DNA from: Mobula hypostoma
Lineage: Eukaryota
DNA: 64,000 bases
Assembly (NCBI RefSeq): GCF_963921235.1
Contig: NC_086118.1
Coordinates: 12,960,001 to 13,024,000, forward strand
Reading direction: 5' to 3'
Shown: in pieces, positions 37,491 through 50,007 of the stretch
How the letters are laid out: the number at the start of each line of letters is the position of its first letter
How positions within the stretch are numbered: the first letter of the stretch is position 1
Translations under genes and position numbers: made by a program
The notes under the pieces: model-generated
Told to the model about the DNA's origin: nothing
The model's database searches: none
The model's input: the letters and a program-made list of their open reading frames with translations, nothing else

Positions 37491-38164
37491 AATATCAATT
37501 GTATCCCAGCCATACTTATGGTAGAAACTAGTCAAAAGGATGGCTAAGCATTGTAATCTGTCTTCTTACTTGAAATGCCAGTCATTTCTCCTTGTGAAAG
37601 TGTAGGAAAACATTAACACATTGAATTCAAAGTTAACATGCTATTCGAAAATACATTATATCTCCATTGGGTGTGATGCTATGCTCTCTAGTTTGATCCA
37701 GGTTACTGTATTTGTCAGCTGGGAAGGGTATGATTTACCACATATGTGTTAATTAGCCACATTGCCTATTTTCCATTTGGATCCTATTTAGAAACAGCTA
37801 TGTATTTTAAGTCCTGTCTTTGTTTAGTGTTTGATCAGAGTCACTAATGTTACTTTGATGCCACCATATTAATGAAATTGTTCTGCACAAGTAGAGGTTC
37901 ATGAAAATAGGATTCCTTACTCTTCATAATCAGGAGCTTGGGTGAGAAAAATGGAATGTCATTTGCCTACAGGATTAACTGTTTTCATGGACTTTTGATC
38001 ATGAAGAGTGTGCAGTTATATATATATTTATTTCAGTGCAGAAAGAGGCATTCATATATCTCTGAACAAAAAAGATAATAATTAATGTTTAGAAATAGAA
38101 AACATGATGGCCCTTCTGCACAAAATAGAATCCCAATAATTCAACTGTATGCACCTCTTTTTAA

Positions 38165-38310
38165 CCAGTAAATACTGGGCATAGGAGGGAGTTCTTTTGC
38201 TCTCTTTTGAAACATGCCATGGCACCAGGGTATCCAAATGCAAATGTATCCGAAAGGCAGCATCTTGAACAATGCAGCGTTAACTTCAAAACTACACCAA
38301 GCTAGATTGG
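38165..38310 (-). mobile_element. Ancient Deu-domain SINE fragment (SacSINE1/AmnSINE-like)
   Basis: TAAATACTGG...TGCTCTCTTTTGAAACATGCCATGG...ATCCGAAAGGCAGCATCTTGAACAATGCAGC resembles the reversed Deu core. Confidence 0.5.
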
Positions 38311-40253
38311 ATCACCATTTATTATTTGATTCCTTAGGCTATATCTGGTGATGTGACTGATGAAAGTTCTATAACTGTTACAAATCCTTCTTTTTTCCAT
38401 TTATATGAATCTGTTCTTCCAGCTTTATGGAACAGATAAGTTTTCTCACATATTCAAAATTCAAGGTTCTAAGCAATTTCAATTATCAAAGTATGTATGT
38501 TTCACCATATGCAACCCTGAGATTAATTTTCCTGCAAGTGTACTCAATAAATCTACTGAATAGTAACTATAATAGAATCAATGATAGACCAACTAACTAG
38601 GGTGGTCAAGCAGAGTGCAGAAATCAAAAAACTCTGCAAAAGCAAATATAAATAAATAGCAGTAAATAGTGAGAACATGAGATGAAGAGTCCTGGAAAGT
38701 CAGTCCTTTGGTTGTGGGAACATTTCAATGATGGGGCAAGGGAAGTTCAGTGAAGTTATGCCTCAAACATGTCTAATATTATCTTTCAAAGTAATAGATG
38801 TGAAGATTACCTGCCAGTTTTAATGATAATTTGCATAGAATGAAAAGTGTTATTATGAATAACTGCACATGTGATGGAAATAATTAATTATATATGTTCA
38901 AGATGTACAATATCATGGATTACTGGTAAATTCATCATGAGACATGCTTTGGTGGATCTGGCTGAGTTCTGAAATATTGATTTCAGCACTCTTTTAATTC
39001 TTTCCACTTGGTCTTGCTACAAGAAAAGCTGTGTGTTTCAAAGTCTTGCTTAAATACTTTAGTAAGAATAACTGCCCAAATATTCTTCTTGAATGAACTA
39101 TCAATGAAGCCATTGAACTGGAGACATTTACCAAGTGACCCTTATCAGATCCATTATCATTCGCTTTACACCAAAACATCATTGGTGTAGTTAATCCGTA
39201 GGAGGACAGCAGATTTATCTATGAGGCTTCTGCAAAACAAAAGCTTGTAACTGATTGCTTATCAGCTAAATTCTCTGGCTGATATCTTCTTAATTTCCCC
39301 AGAAATCAAACTCACTTTGCCATCTTTCTCAAAAAAATTCACACAAAAATACCCTAAAGTTAGCAAAAAGCAATTAAACACAGGCTTGCTTTGTACGCCC
39401 TCAAGATGAATCAGCTATTTTTGAGGGATTAACTGCTCCAAAGACATTTAGACACAGGGAAAGTGACAAAGGATCAACTGGAGAGACTTGAGCTACTATA
39501 ACTGACTCTGGTTCAATGATTTGATTGACAGTTCACTCAAGTTGAAGGGATAGGGAGTGATTCTTGTTACAACTGAAATCCAGATAATAAAAAGGATTAA
39601 CTGTTTTCATGGACTTGTAAAACCCTACTCCATAGCCCCTTGATAAACTTTGAGTTGTTCAGTGTTTAGAAAAAGTCAAAGTCTTGCATCAAATTGAGTG
39701 ATTTCAGATAATCCAGAAACATATCACTACACATTACAATAAATTAATTTGAAATTCAGAGATATTAATTTATAAGCAATATTTGATTACAAAACAACAT
39801 GCAACAATAGAAAGATGAACATTTTTGGGAACTTAAGACGAAAGGATATTTTAGTAAAAGTTGGTCAGGGAATGGAGCAACATCTTGTTTTTTATACAAG
39901 CCTTTTATATCATTTTAAATTTACTATCCCGTTTAAAGAAAACCAGGTGATGTGTCATGGATAAGTAGGGGCTGTATCAGCACTCTCTTAGCTTGTGAAA
40001 ATATAACGTTGATACTGAAGTGTATTCATGCTTAAAGTTGGGAGGATTTTCAAATAACTTTCTCTGAAAAGAACTTTAAGGAACTTTAAAAGATCTTAAA
40101 CTTTAAGGTCTGACCTAAAAAACAAAACAATCTGCCATGAAAAACTGATAAGCTGCCATGGATATACTTTGTTCAACTTGCATTAACCCTTGTCATATTT
40201 ATTATGTTGTGTTAATTATGTACAATTCAAATTAATTAAGTTTATGTAATTTA

Positions 40254-40806
40254 CACATAGTGGCCACTTTGTTAGGTACCTTCTGTATATAATAAGGTGG
40301 CCACTGGATGTATGTTCATTGACTTCTGTTGCAGTAGCTCATCCACTTCAATGTTTGAAGTGTTGAGGGTTCAGAAATGCTTTTCTGCACCCCACAGTTG
40401 TAACATGTGGTATCTGAATTACTATTGCTTTCCTGTAAGCTTGTACCATTTCAACAATTCTCCTCTAAACTCTCTCAGTAACAAGGAATTTTTTTCCCCA
40501 CAGAACTGCCTGCGCTCACTGGATGTTTTTTTTTGGTTTGTCGCACCATTCTCTGTGAACTCTAGAAATTGTTGTGCATGAAAATCCCAGGAGGTCAGCA
40601 CTTTAGACTCAAGCTACCCCATCCAACACCAAGAATCACAGGCAAAGAAGTCATTTAGATCACAATCTTCCCCATTTGGTCTGAACAACAACTAAACCTC
40701 TTGACCATGCTTTTATGCATTGAATTGCTATTATATGTTTGGCTGATTAGATATTTGCATTAATAAGCAAGTGTATATGTGTACCTAATATAGTGGCCAC
40801 TGAGCG
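40254..40806. mobile_element. Non-autonomous Tc1/mariner element
   Basis: TA-flanked TIRs CACATAGTGGCCACTTTGTTAGGTAC and GTACCTAATATAGTGGCCACTGAGCG. Fragments of the same family at ~24538 and ~36095. Confidence 0.85.
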
Positions 40807-41947
40807 TAATGTTGAAATGTACTGAGCTGCTGCTGCAAAAAAAGCTGATTTTCATAGCATTCACAGTATACCCTGGGTATGTATGCTTATGACAATGAAC
40901 TTGAAACCAGACGTCTTCATAACTAACAAAAGAATGTAGAGTAACTCTCCTTACAAAATAGTAACATTACCCAAGGTCTGAATATCATCTTGCTCAGATA
41001 TCTATCATTAATAATATATGATTCCTGATTTTACCAAATGCTATCAGCTTTGGTCAGTCATAAAACATTGTCAAGCATGATTAATTTGTTGTGTTAATTA
41101 CCAAATGGGTTTATCGATCAGATATTGATCCTGGAGTTTTTTTAAATATAAGATCACTTACTATTTCAAATGCTCTGGTATACTATTTATGAAAGTGGAC
41201 CTGTATAGTAGAAGGCTATTTTGAATTCAAGTTGTTGATGTTGACTTCCTCTGGAGATAAAAGTCACAGTGCTTAAATTAGGTTGAAAGCATCTTGCTAC
41301 GCAGCCTCGGGGAAGGCTAGATGGCTACCATCACAAACTAAGTGGAAATTTGATTAGTTACAGCAACTGAACCAACAGCAATGTGAAAATTATTTCATTG
41401 CTGCGCAGTCAAGTGTAAATACCAGGGTCATGGTTGCAAGTAAAGAATGCTTTCTAGGATACAAAACAACAGTGAATTATTGTGCACCTTCAATTTAATA
41501 TATTTTGGATTATAGAGGACTTGGGAGAAACTGTAAAAACAACAGTTTAAGAAACCTGGTCATAATCCTGCTGTCAGCCAGGTCCCTGTCACAATGTGCA
41601 ACAGCCTATGGGATAACACTAATTGGAATTAACGAATAATATTATTAGACTATAGTCATCAAGGATGTGAAAATAATCTATATCAGATGATAAAGAGGAT
41701 TTACTCAGCAAAGTAAACCAATCAATAGACACAGGTACCTTCTTTTCCCTTGTTCTCAGCTCTATAATTCCCAGTTTTGCAGTTCATCTGTTCACCCTCA
41801 GTAACACAAGCACTATATCATAGCTAAAATGGCAGAATATTTGCCCTATGTTAGGCTGTATAGTGAAAAAAAATTCTAGTCGATGGGGAAAACTCTCATT
41901 TGGTCTTGTCCTCTCAGTCTATGCCTCTTATAATCTTATATAACACT

Positions 41948-41988
41948 ATCACTTCCTGGCCTTTTAGCTAAGATCAAGTGCAGTTTCT
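41948..41988 (+). ncRNA. RNU2: U2 snRNA 5' fragment (nt 1-41), pseudogenic
   Basis: ATCACTTCCTGGCCTTTTAGCTAAGATCAAGTGCAGTTTCT vs U2 ATCGCTTCTCGGCCTTTTGGCTAAGATCAAGTGTAGTATCT: 35/41 identical, ungapped, starting at U2 nt 1. Confidence 0.88.
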
Positions 41989-44236
41989 ACGGGAAGCAAC
42001 TCGTGGTGGATCTCTGTGCACACCAAAGTTGAGGAAGGAAGATCAATGGGACACCTCATGATCAAGTAGCTGCTGATAAAAACCTAACTTGCTGGCTGAG
42101 AGTTGGATCCTCATGCTGATTGTGAAACCAGTCCAACACCACAATTAATCATCCCTCACGCTGAACCAAAATGGCTGCCGTGATCTCATCAATAAGGAGA
42201 CCAGGGATCTGAACCACTGTCAGAGTGGTAGTGAGTTATTTCAGTGTGGCTAACCCCTTCACCAGGGACTGCTGCATTTGGATGTGTCCTGCTGGTCTGT
42301 TGCTAGTTTGAGGTGAAGGACTGGTAACGGGTTCTTTGATCTAACCTTCATGTATGCGGCTTTTCAGGAGAAGATGAACAACGCATCACTGTTGTTGCTG
42401 AAGACGATAAGACCATACGATCTAGGAACAGAATTAGGCTGTTTAGCCCATCGAATCTTCTCCACCATTTCAACTTGGCTGTTCCCATTTTCCTCTCAGC
42501 CCCAATCTCCTGCCTTCTTCCCAGTATCCCTTCATGTCCTGACCAATCAAGAATCTATCAACCTCTGCCTTAAATATACATAAAGACTTAACCTTCACAG
42601 CTGCTTGTGGCAATGAATTACACAAATTCACCACTCTCTGGCTACAGAAATTTCCCCTCATGTCCATTATAAAAGGACACCCCTTTATTCGGCAAAGTGG
42701 GGTGGAGAACCTGAAACACCTCTTTGATTCCACTGTACATGACTGGGAAGGGTGAGGAGAACATCAAATGGTTCTTCATCCACAAAGAGGTTCAGAATGC
42801 AAGGAAGACTCAGAAAGAAACTGCACCATCTCTGGACAGGGTTGCAGCAACTTCTTCTGCAGTGAAGAGCAAGACTAGTTCTCCACCTCCGAGTCCTCCG
42901 AGATCATCTTTCGATCTAGTGCCCGCTTTGTGGAACAGGATGAAACATACTCAGCTCATGCTTTTTCTGCCAAAATGTTCTCGGGGGGGATCCACAGCCT
43001 TAACGAAAGCACAGCTCAGTAAACATCCTCACAGATGGCTATATTGAGGGTCTGCAGACCTTTCTTTGCTTGTCTGTATGACAGAAAGGCCACAGAGAGC
43101 ACACACTTCCAGATTTCCTGTTTTCTAGCATGGAGGTGTTAGATGACAGCAAACTGGGGAATCTGGACTGACCATTGACCCTGAAGGAGCTGACTGGCTC
43201 CATCCATTCCTTTGATTCGAATAAACCTCCTGGAAATCACGGCTTACCTGATGAGTTACACTTGGCTCTGTGGGACTAGATGTGCCAGACCTGCTGGAAG
43301 TGTACAGTTTTATGCTTCTGGCTGGCAGCAGCTCAGTCTCCATGAGGAAGGGCAGCTACAAGCTGATGGGGGACAGAGATAATATCTGGAATTGGAGAAC
43401 CAATTCCTGAATTGTTGAATATAGATGACAAGATCTAGTGCAAGGGCATCACCATCAAGGTCAGGTCTACTCTAGGACAGGCAATCCACCTACCTAGAAG
43501 ATGATTTTTGGTAGCCTTGCACTGTTCCGATACCATCGCACAAGTGCAGGTCTGGGATCGATGCCTGCTTGGACCAGGAGAGGCCTTCGACAGGATATCA
43601 CGCATGATAGACATCCTCATAAAATGGGCTTTGGGAAAGGAATCAGGAATTGGACACAAGTGCTCCACACAGGTATGTATAGAGCAGTCCATATCAAGGG
43701 GTGGGAAGTAGATAGCTTCTTCATTAAGTATGGAATCAGACAGGGTTTTCCACTCCCTCCTGTCTTGTTTGTGTGTCGTATAGACCACTTTGCCGAATTC
43801 ATCAGGAAGGACAAGAACATGGAGGAGGGGTGGTGGTGGAGGTGACCTTGTCAGGCAGTGGAAGGACACAGGTGGAAATCTTCCTGTACATGAATGAAGT
43901 CACTGCCTTCTGTTCGGACTGAGGTCAGTCCACAGATTGATTAACAACTGTGACCTGCCTTAGTTATGATCAGGGCCTAAAGTTAAACATTCTAAGAGCG
44001 AGGCCCTGATCTTGAGCAACTGGCCCGACCAATCCAAAGTCCTTTAACTATCAGGCATGATTATCGGAAGCTGCTGGGATTCTGGTTCAGAGGGGACAAG
44101 GCATGTAACAGGAATTGGCTGGAGCAGATTGGGAAGAAATTGGGACTGTGGGTAAGCATATTCCCTCTCAAAAACAGGGAAGAATTTGGTGATTGGACGT
44201 GAGATGCTCTCTGGGTTGCTGTACATGACACTAGTG
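41989..44236 (+). mobile_element. Decayed Tx1-clade (L1 group) LINE, Keno-like
   Basis: ORF1 remnant from ATG 42171 (MAA...PGI*TTVRVVV...GFFDLTF). ORF2 remnants: ENIKWFFI, IIFRS-ARFVEQDET, PLTLKELT, KPPGNHGLP-EL, SMRKG, LDQE-AFDRIS, KMGFGKGIRNW, GIRQGFPLPPVLFVC, LYMNEVT. Confidence 0.88.
42404..42690 (-). mobile_element. CR1 3' end inserted in the Tx1 element
   Basis: MRGNFCSQRVVNLCNSLPQAAV...FKAEVDRFL. Tail AAGACGATAAGACCATA. Confidence 0.85.
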
Positions 44237-44914
44237 TGATTTATTATAAATCATTCTTATATAAATGACAAGCCGCGTGAGCCTTATGTTAATTCATGAA
44301 AGGTATGAAGATCTTTGTCAGAGCAAATGACGTCGTAAAAACAGATGGTAATTGAGAAGGGCCATGTACAAAACAGTGCCATGGGATCACAGGAAAGCCA
44401 ATCTTCAAACTGGAGGTTTTTCAAGAAAGGTAAGGATAAGGAGAGTCAAGAATGCCGGACTGTTAATATACAAAGGTTTCTATTTCAAAACAAAAATGTT
44501 TAAGAGAGTGAAATCTTCACAACAGACATTCAAGCTGCAGTAGGCAAGACACTACAAATTATATGTAAACCAATGACTTAGCATTCAAAATAATGTGGGC
44601 ATAAGCATGTGTAAAGAGAAGAAAGTTTTACATATTAGCAGAAATATTCAGGTGATCAATGTAAAGCTAAAGAAAAGCAAGTGTGCATTCATATGAATAA
44701 TTAATTTATTTAGGCTGAAAGATCAGATAGATTGAGTCAAAAAAACTTGGAAGGAATTGTGAATGGAATTCAAGTCAACAGTTCTGAAAACACTCCATAC
44801 TGCAGAGTCAAGCAAATGAAGGCACCTCTACAATGGTTCGGAATGTAAGAACTGACAAGAGACTATACATTGATTATAAAGAGGAGTTTTGTGGCTGTCC
44901 GTCATATCCGATGA

Positions 44915-45410
44915 TGACAGAAAAGTTCTGTGGGAGAGTTTTTAAGAGGAAAAGTGGTTGCACTGGGGCAGTTCCACTCTCTTGACCTCAGAAGTCTGGG
45001 TCTAGTTGTACAAGTAGTTGTCACAACTGGGATCTTCTTTGGTTGCAGTGGATGACCATGACTTCTTCTGTGCCTTGTCATGCCCTTCATTCTCCCTTGA
45101 GCATTGTAGAACTACCTTCCTGGCCATTGAATCTCACTGTAGATCTTATTCACCCAATCTGCTGGAGCTGACTGCATGCTACGACAGGCATGTCTCTATC
45201 TCACTGGGGTATGAAGCCCGCAAGCTACCCTGTTTGTCGAAGCACCAAACGGTGTACCGGGGTCTGGCCACTGTCACATTCAAACAGCTACTTGGAGCCA
45301 CAGGTGAGAGCTGAGTTTTCCGGTCAGGACCAATGGTGAGTGAACTGCTCTAGTTTGGACACAACAAACCCCTTCACCAGAGGTGCTACTCCTCCCTGGA
45401 CACCCCATAC
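44915..45410 (-). mobile_element. Probable RTE-related non-autonomous repeat
   Basis: Minus strand starts GGGGTGTCCAGGGAGGAGTAGCACCTCTGGTGAAGGGG...CAGCTCTCACCTGTGGCTCC, recalling RTE 5' UTRs. Family not certain. Confidence 0.4.
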
Positions 45411-46764
45411 ATGCCAAGGAGGAGTTTTGTAGCTTCTTAACACATAAAGACAATCACTTGAAATGAAGTAAGGTAAAGTATATTTAGTCTGCACTACAAA
45501 TGAGGAAAATAGCAAATAATCAATATCAATGCACAGCTCTGCTGGAAGAAATGATCCCAGAAGATGATTTTTGTGCATTTTTATTGAGTGGTTTTGAAAC
45601 AAAATAGTATTGAGAATATAATTACTTTACCAATTTTTTCAGGTGTATTTATAAGATCGGTATGAATTGTCAGTGAATCACTGAGGAAACAAGCATTAAA
45701 AAGATATCGATTCATAAACATTCTGCTAGAGAAAAACTTTCCACAAAAGGTTAAACCTCAGCTGTTACAAATGATTAGAAGACACAGAAAAGTATTACAC
45801 TTAATTCAGAGGAGAATAGAAGAAAAATATCAGAAATTGTAACAAAATTGCAACAAGGTGAGAAGAGAAACAACTCCCTCACTCAAGATTGAGCTTAATT
45901 GTTAACAAATCTGAGTTTTGGAAACTGGAGTTATTGGGTAAGCAGGTGGTCTTAAGAGATAGCTTATGAAAGAATTATGTGGCTGTTAGTGAATTCTAGA
46001 AGCTGCTGGAGTGATGACTGCAGAACAGGCACAAGGCTCCAATGAACGAAATCAGTGCTGAAGGTTGATACAATGTCAACAACACAAATTGCATTGAGAT
46101 CAAGGAGATGCAGAAAACTTATGGAGAATTTGAATTGCTAAATGTGTGAAAATGTGAATTTATCTTTTTAGGCAGAGAAAAGTTATGTAGCGTATATAAA
46201 TCTATGACAATCATGTACTGTATAATGAGAATTAAATAAATGCTCACAGCATCACCCCATTTCATTCCATATTCCTCAGTTGTATCTAAACTGGAACAAA
46301 GAATCTGGCATACACACATACATTTCAAAGCTGAACATCTTTTAAAAATCCATTTAAACAATGGAGTGGAACAATTTGCCATCTAAACTGATTAGCCCAT
46401 CACCACATAAAGTCCAGTTTTTTTTTAACAAGCATGCTCTAAGGTGCAATGTTCCAGGGGCCCGCCAGCTTCCAGCCAATCAGAGGACACTTTCTGACTG
46501 AAGTGTCAACTCCACTTGACAACTGGTGAGCAGCTTGGGCGGGCATGATAATAAGTTCTTGTTATTTAGTGAGTTTTCGTTTCCCACCATTTCTGTGATT
46601 CTTCCTCAGTTCCCTCAGAACTCCACTTCTTCCAATGGAATGACCACCATGTTCTTCAGTCTCTTCAGCAAATTCTACCTCCACTGAATTTCTAAACGTG
46701 TGAAAATGTGAATTTATCTTTTCAAACAGGAAATAGTTGAGCAGCAAATATAAAAAGCAGATGC

Positions 46765-47150
46765 ATAGGAGAGATCTGATAGAGATTTATAAGATAATAA
46801 GAGGCATAGACTACACAGACCATATCTTCTTCCAAGGATTCATATGTCTAAAATGAAAGGGCATGCATTTAAGGTGAGAGTGAGTACTTTCAAAGGAGAT
46901 ATGAGGGGACAAGTTTTTTACACAAAGTGCATTGGGTATTTGGCCTGTGCTGCCTGGGGTGGTGGTAGAGGAGGAAATGTTAGAGCTTTTAAGAGATACT
47001 TAGATAGGCTCATATATGTGAGGAAAATGGAAGGATATGGACAATATGTAGGCAGAAGAGATCAGTTTAGTTGGCCATTTGATTGCTAATTTAATTGTTT
47101 TGGCACAATATGGTGAGCTGAAGGGCCTGTTGCTCTATTGAACTGTTCTA
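46765..47150 (+). mobile_element. CR1 3' end
   Basis: GDLIEIYKIIRGID...KGHAFKVR..FKGDMRG..F and GCTGAAGGGCCTGTT tail. Confidence 0.8.
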
Positions 47151-47329
47151 TAAATGAATAAGAGCCATGTGCTGTGAGAGGCGAATCAATACTCACAACA
47201 CGTGATGCTCCCATTGAAAGAGTCTCAGACAGCTGAGAATGGGTGAGATTTCCTTGGTGGTACATTTACAGATAAAGTACTCCAGTACTACACTGGAGTA
47301 GTAGTGGTACTACTCCGAAAAAAGCTGAG

Positions 47330-47870
47330 AGCATCCTAACATGCTGCATCACTGCAGTGAATAGGAGGGCTTTACAATGGGTAAAGCATCAACAGCACCA
47401 ACCTACCCTGCATCAACATCCTTATATAGATAAAGGTGCTGGGAAAAGGCCAGCAATATCATCAATGATCCCACCCAACTGGCTCATAGACTGTTTCTCC
47501 CACTCTCATCAGAGAAGAGGCTACACAGCATCCATCCAGAATCACCAAACCCAAAAATAGTTACTTCTTCCAAGCCACCAAGCTGATCAACAGCTCCGCC
47601 CATTAATCCCCCCCCCCACCATCGCCACTACTTTATCATTTCCTGTTAGTTACCTGATGTACAGATACTTCCATATCTAGTATCACTTTATGTATATCAA
47701 ATCAGTCCACTGTCTGTATAGAAGCTAATCTTATGTATTTATATTTATTATGTCACTTATTGTTATTGTGCTTTTTTTATACTGCATCATATCTGGAGCA
47801 GCAATTGTTTTGTTCTGCTTTCCATTGTGTACTGATGAAAGACAAGAAACAAACTTGAATCTTGAATCTT
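47330..47870 (+). mobile_element. Rex1/Babar 3' fragment
   Basis: NRRALQWV...LFLPL-S--RL.. pattern and (CTTGAAT)n tail. Confidence 0.7.
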
Positions 47871-47873
47871 GAA

Positions 47874-48025
47874 ATGCTGGAGAAACCCAGCAGGCCAGGC
47901 AACATCCATGGAGGGAAATTGTTTGTTGACAGTTTATCAGTCCAAGTAAAAGGTCCCAACCTGAAACATTGACTGTCCATTTCCCTCCATAGATGCTACC
48001 AGATACGTTGAGTTCTTCCAACATG
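47874..48025. repeat. Fold-back of the Penelope-type terminal repeat
   Basis: ATGCTGGAGAAACCCAGCAGGCCAGGCAACATCCATGGAGGGAAAT is inverted to ATTTCCCTCCATAGATGCTACC...GTTCTTCCAACAT, with a decayed hammerhead at the centre. Confidence 0.7.
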
Positions 48026-48444
48026 CACAGTCGCTTGTGTCTCAATGAAATACTCCACTTGTCCATGTTTAGTTTACATATTTTGGTTTCTATTCTTTTC
48101 AAGATTCAAGTAAAAGGTCTGTAAGAATGATGGTTGAATTGAGCAGATCCAAGTTTTGCTTATGCAAATGACAGGTGAGCTGAAATGAACTCATTGGTAT
48201 TGCGTGTGCAATGTTACATCGCAACAGATTTCCTCTCACGATCCAACAAGCAATTATCTTCCTTTCATGATTTCAGCAAATCTACATAGTGAATACAACA
48301 CTTATATCAAAAAGCAACTCCAAATTTTAATAATCTTAGTGCTAAGACAGTGAAAGTGTTGAATAAACATGATTTGTGAAGTTACCACGGTGATCTCAAT
48401 TAAATCCATTGACCTCAGTGGGTTTTAAGCCTTTTAGTCTTTTT

Positions 48445-49280
48445 TTCCATTTGAAGTGAAGGAGGACGAGAGGAAACTTGACTGAGATGTAGAAGATGAT
48501 AAAAGACTTAGACTGAGTGGATAGCTGGAGATGTTTTTCCCAAGATGGAAATGGCTGATATAAGGGGGGCATGATTATAAGGAGATTGGAGGAAAGTATT
48601 GTGGGGATGTCAGAGGTAGGTTTTTTACACAGAGTGTGGTAGGTGCATGGAATACCCTGTCAAGACTGATGGTAGAGGTAGATACAGTACATTAGGGACT
48701 CCTAGATAGCTACATAGATAATTGAAAAATGGAGTGCTATGCAGAGGGGAAGGGTTAGATTATAAGGTCGGCACAACATTATGCTGTAGTTTTCTATGAT
48801 CTCAAAGTACAAAGTTCCAATTAAATTTATTATCAAAGTACATTTATGTCATCATATACTACCATGAGATTCATTTTCTTGTGGGCATTCATAGTAAATA
48901 GGAAAAAAAACACAATAGAATCAATGAAAAGCTGCACACAACAGAGACAGACAAATAGCCAATGTGCAAAAGACAGCAATGTGCAAATATGAAATAAAAA
49001 GAAGCAACAATAATAATAATAATAAATAAATAAAAACAACCTTCAAGAACACAAGTTGTAGACTACTTTAAAGAGAATCCATAGGTTTTGTGTTGGGATG
49101 AGTGAAGATATCCCCTCTGGTTCAAGACCCTGATGGTTGGCAATAGCTGTACATGAATATGGTGGTGTGGGACTAAAGGCTCTTGTACCTCCTCCTTGGT
49201 GGCAGCAGTGAGAAGAGAGCATGGCCTGGATGGAGGGGGTCATTGATAATAGATGTTGCTTTCCATTGACAGTGCTCCTA
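48445..49280. mobile_element. CR1 3' end (plus, to ~48800) tail-to-tail with a Rex1/Babar derivative (minus)
   Basis: CR1 'RR-RG-L-E-Y...FFTQ-VVG-WN-L' then, on the minus strand, HP-HALFSLLP--RRYKSL. Confidence 0.7.
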
Positions 49281-50007
49281 TATTCCTATCTTCTAACTTC
49301 TGATAAATGCACAATCAGTGAATGTTTGTCTTTTTATATTCTGAGTTTACAAATAATTTAAAATTATTTACCTCATGTGAAATTCTTGAAAATAACCAGC
49401 AGTGCACTTTTCTAGTCCTTATTTAATTCCGAGTTAATTCATGAGATCGAGGACTCGAGACAAAGGGTAGCACTTGCAGTGAGATGGTTTGGAAACATTA
49501 GGCCAGCTCTCTGTATTTATTGTTTTATGAACTTAAATTAGTGACACTAGAATTTGTTGCTCCATAATTTGGCCATCTACACTTTGTGGAGGCACTGTTG
49601 CTGGTTCAACTTTCTTATTAATATTTGCCTGGAGCCATCAGTTGAAATCCAAGCCAGTGGTGTCTGTTAAGGATGAACTCCCATGCTGGATAAAGTACTG
49701 TTGTTAAGGTTAAATGTAGCCCCATTGGAACACTGGGGAACTAACCTGCTGGTAGAAAAGATCAGAAGCTCACTGGTAGAGTAAGTTGAGCTTTGCGTTT
49801 CTTCCAGACCTCTCCAGGAAAAGGTGGAAAAAACTGCAGATTCTGGAAATCCAGAAAGAAAGAAGAAATGCTGCAAGCATCAAGCCTGTCAGGCAACACC
49901 AACAGGTGAGAAATAATGGGGGGGCAGGGAATTACTGCCATTCGCTCATTATTCCCCTGTATACCTGCATCGTATTCTCTCTCGCTCACATCTATTAACT
50001 CCCCTAT

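Noticed and set aside
41948..41988. Functional U2 snRNA gene
   Set aside because: Only nt 1-41 are present, with six substitutions including one in the branch-pairing GTAGTA. No Sm site or 3' stem-loops, and the upstream sequence is a CR1 fragment.
45643..45857. Plus-strand exon candidate (TTTTTTCAG ... AAG|GTGAGA)
   Set aside because: Stops in all three frames and no recognisable product. Cannot be told from chance splice-like sites.
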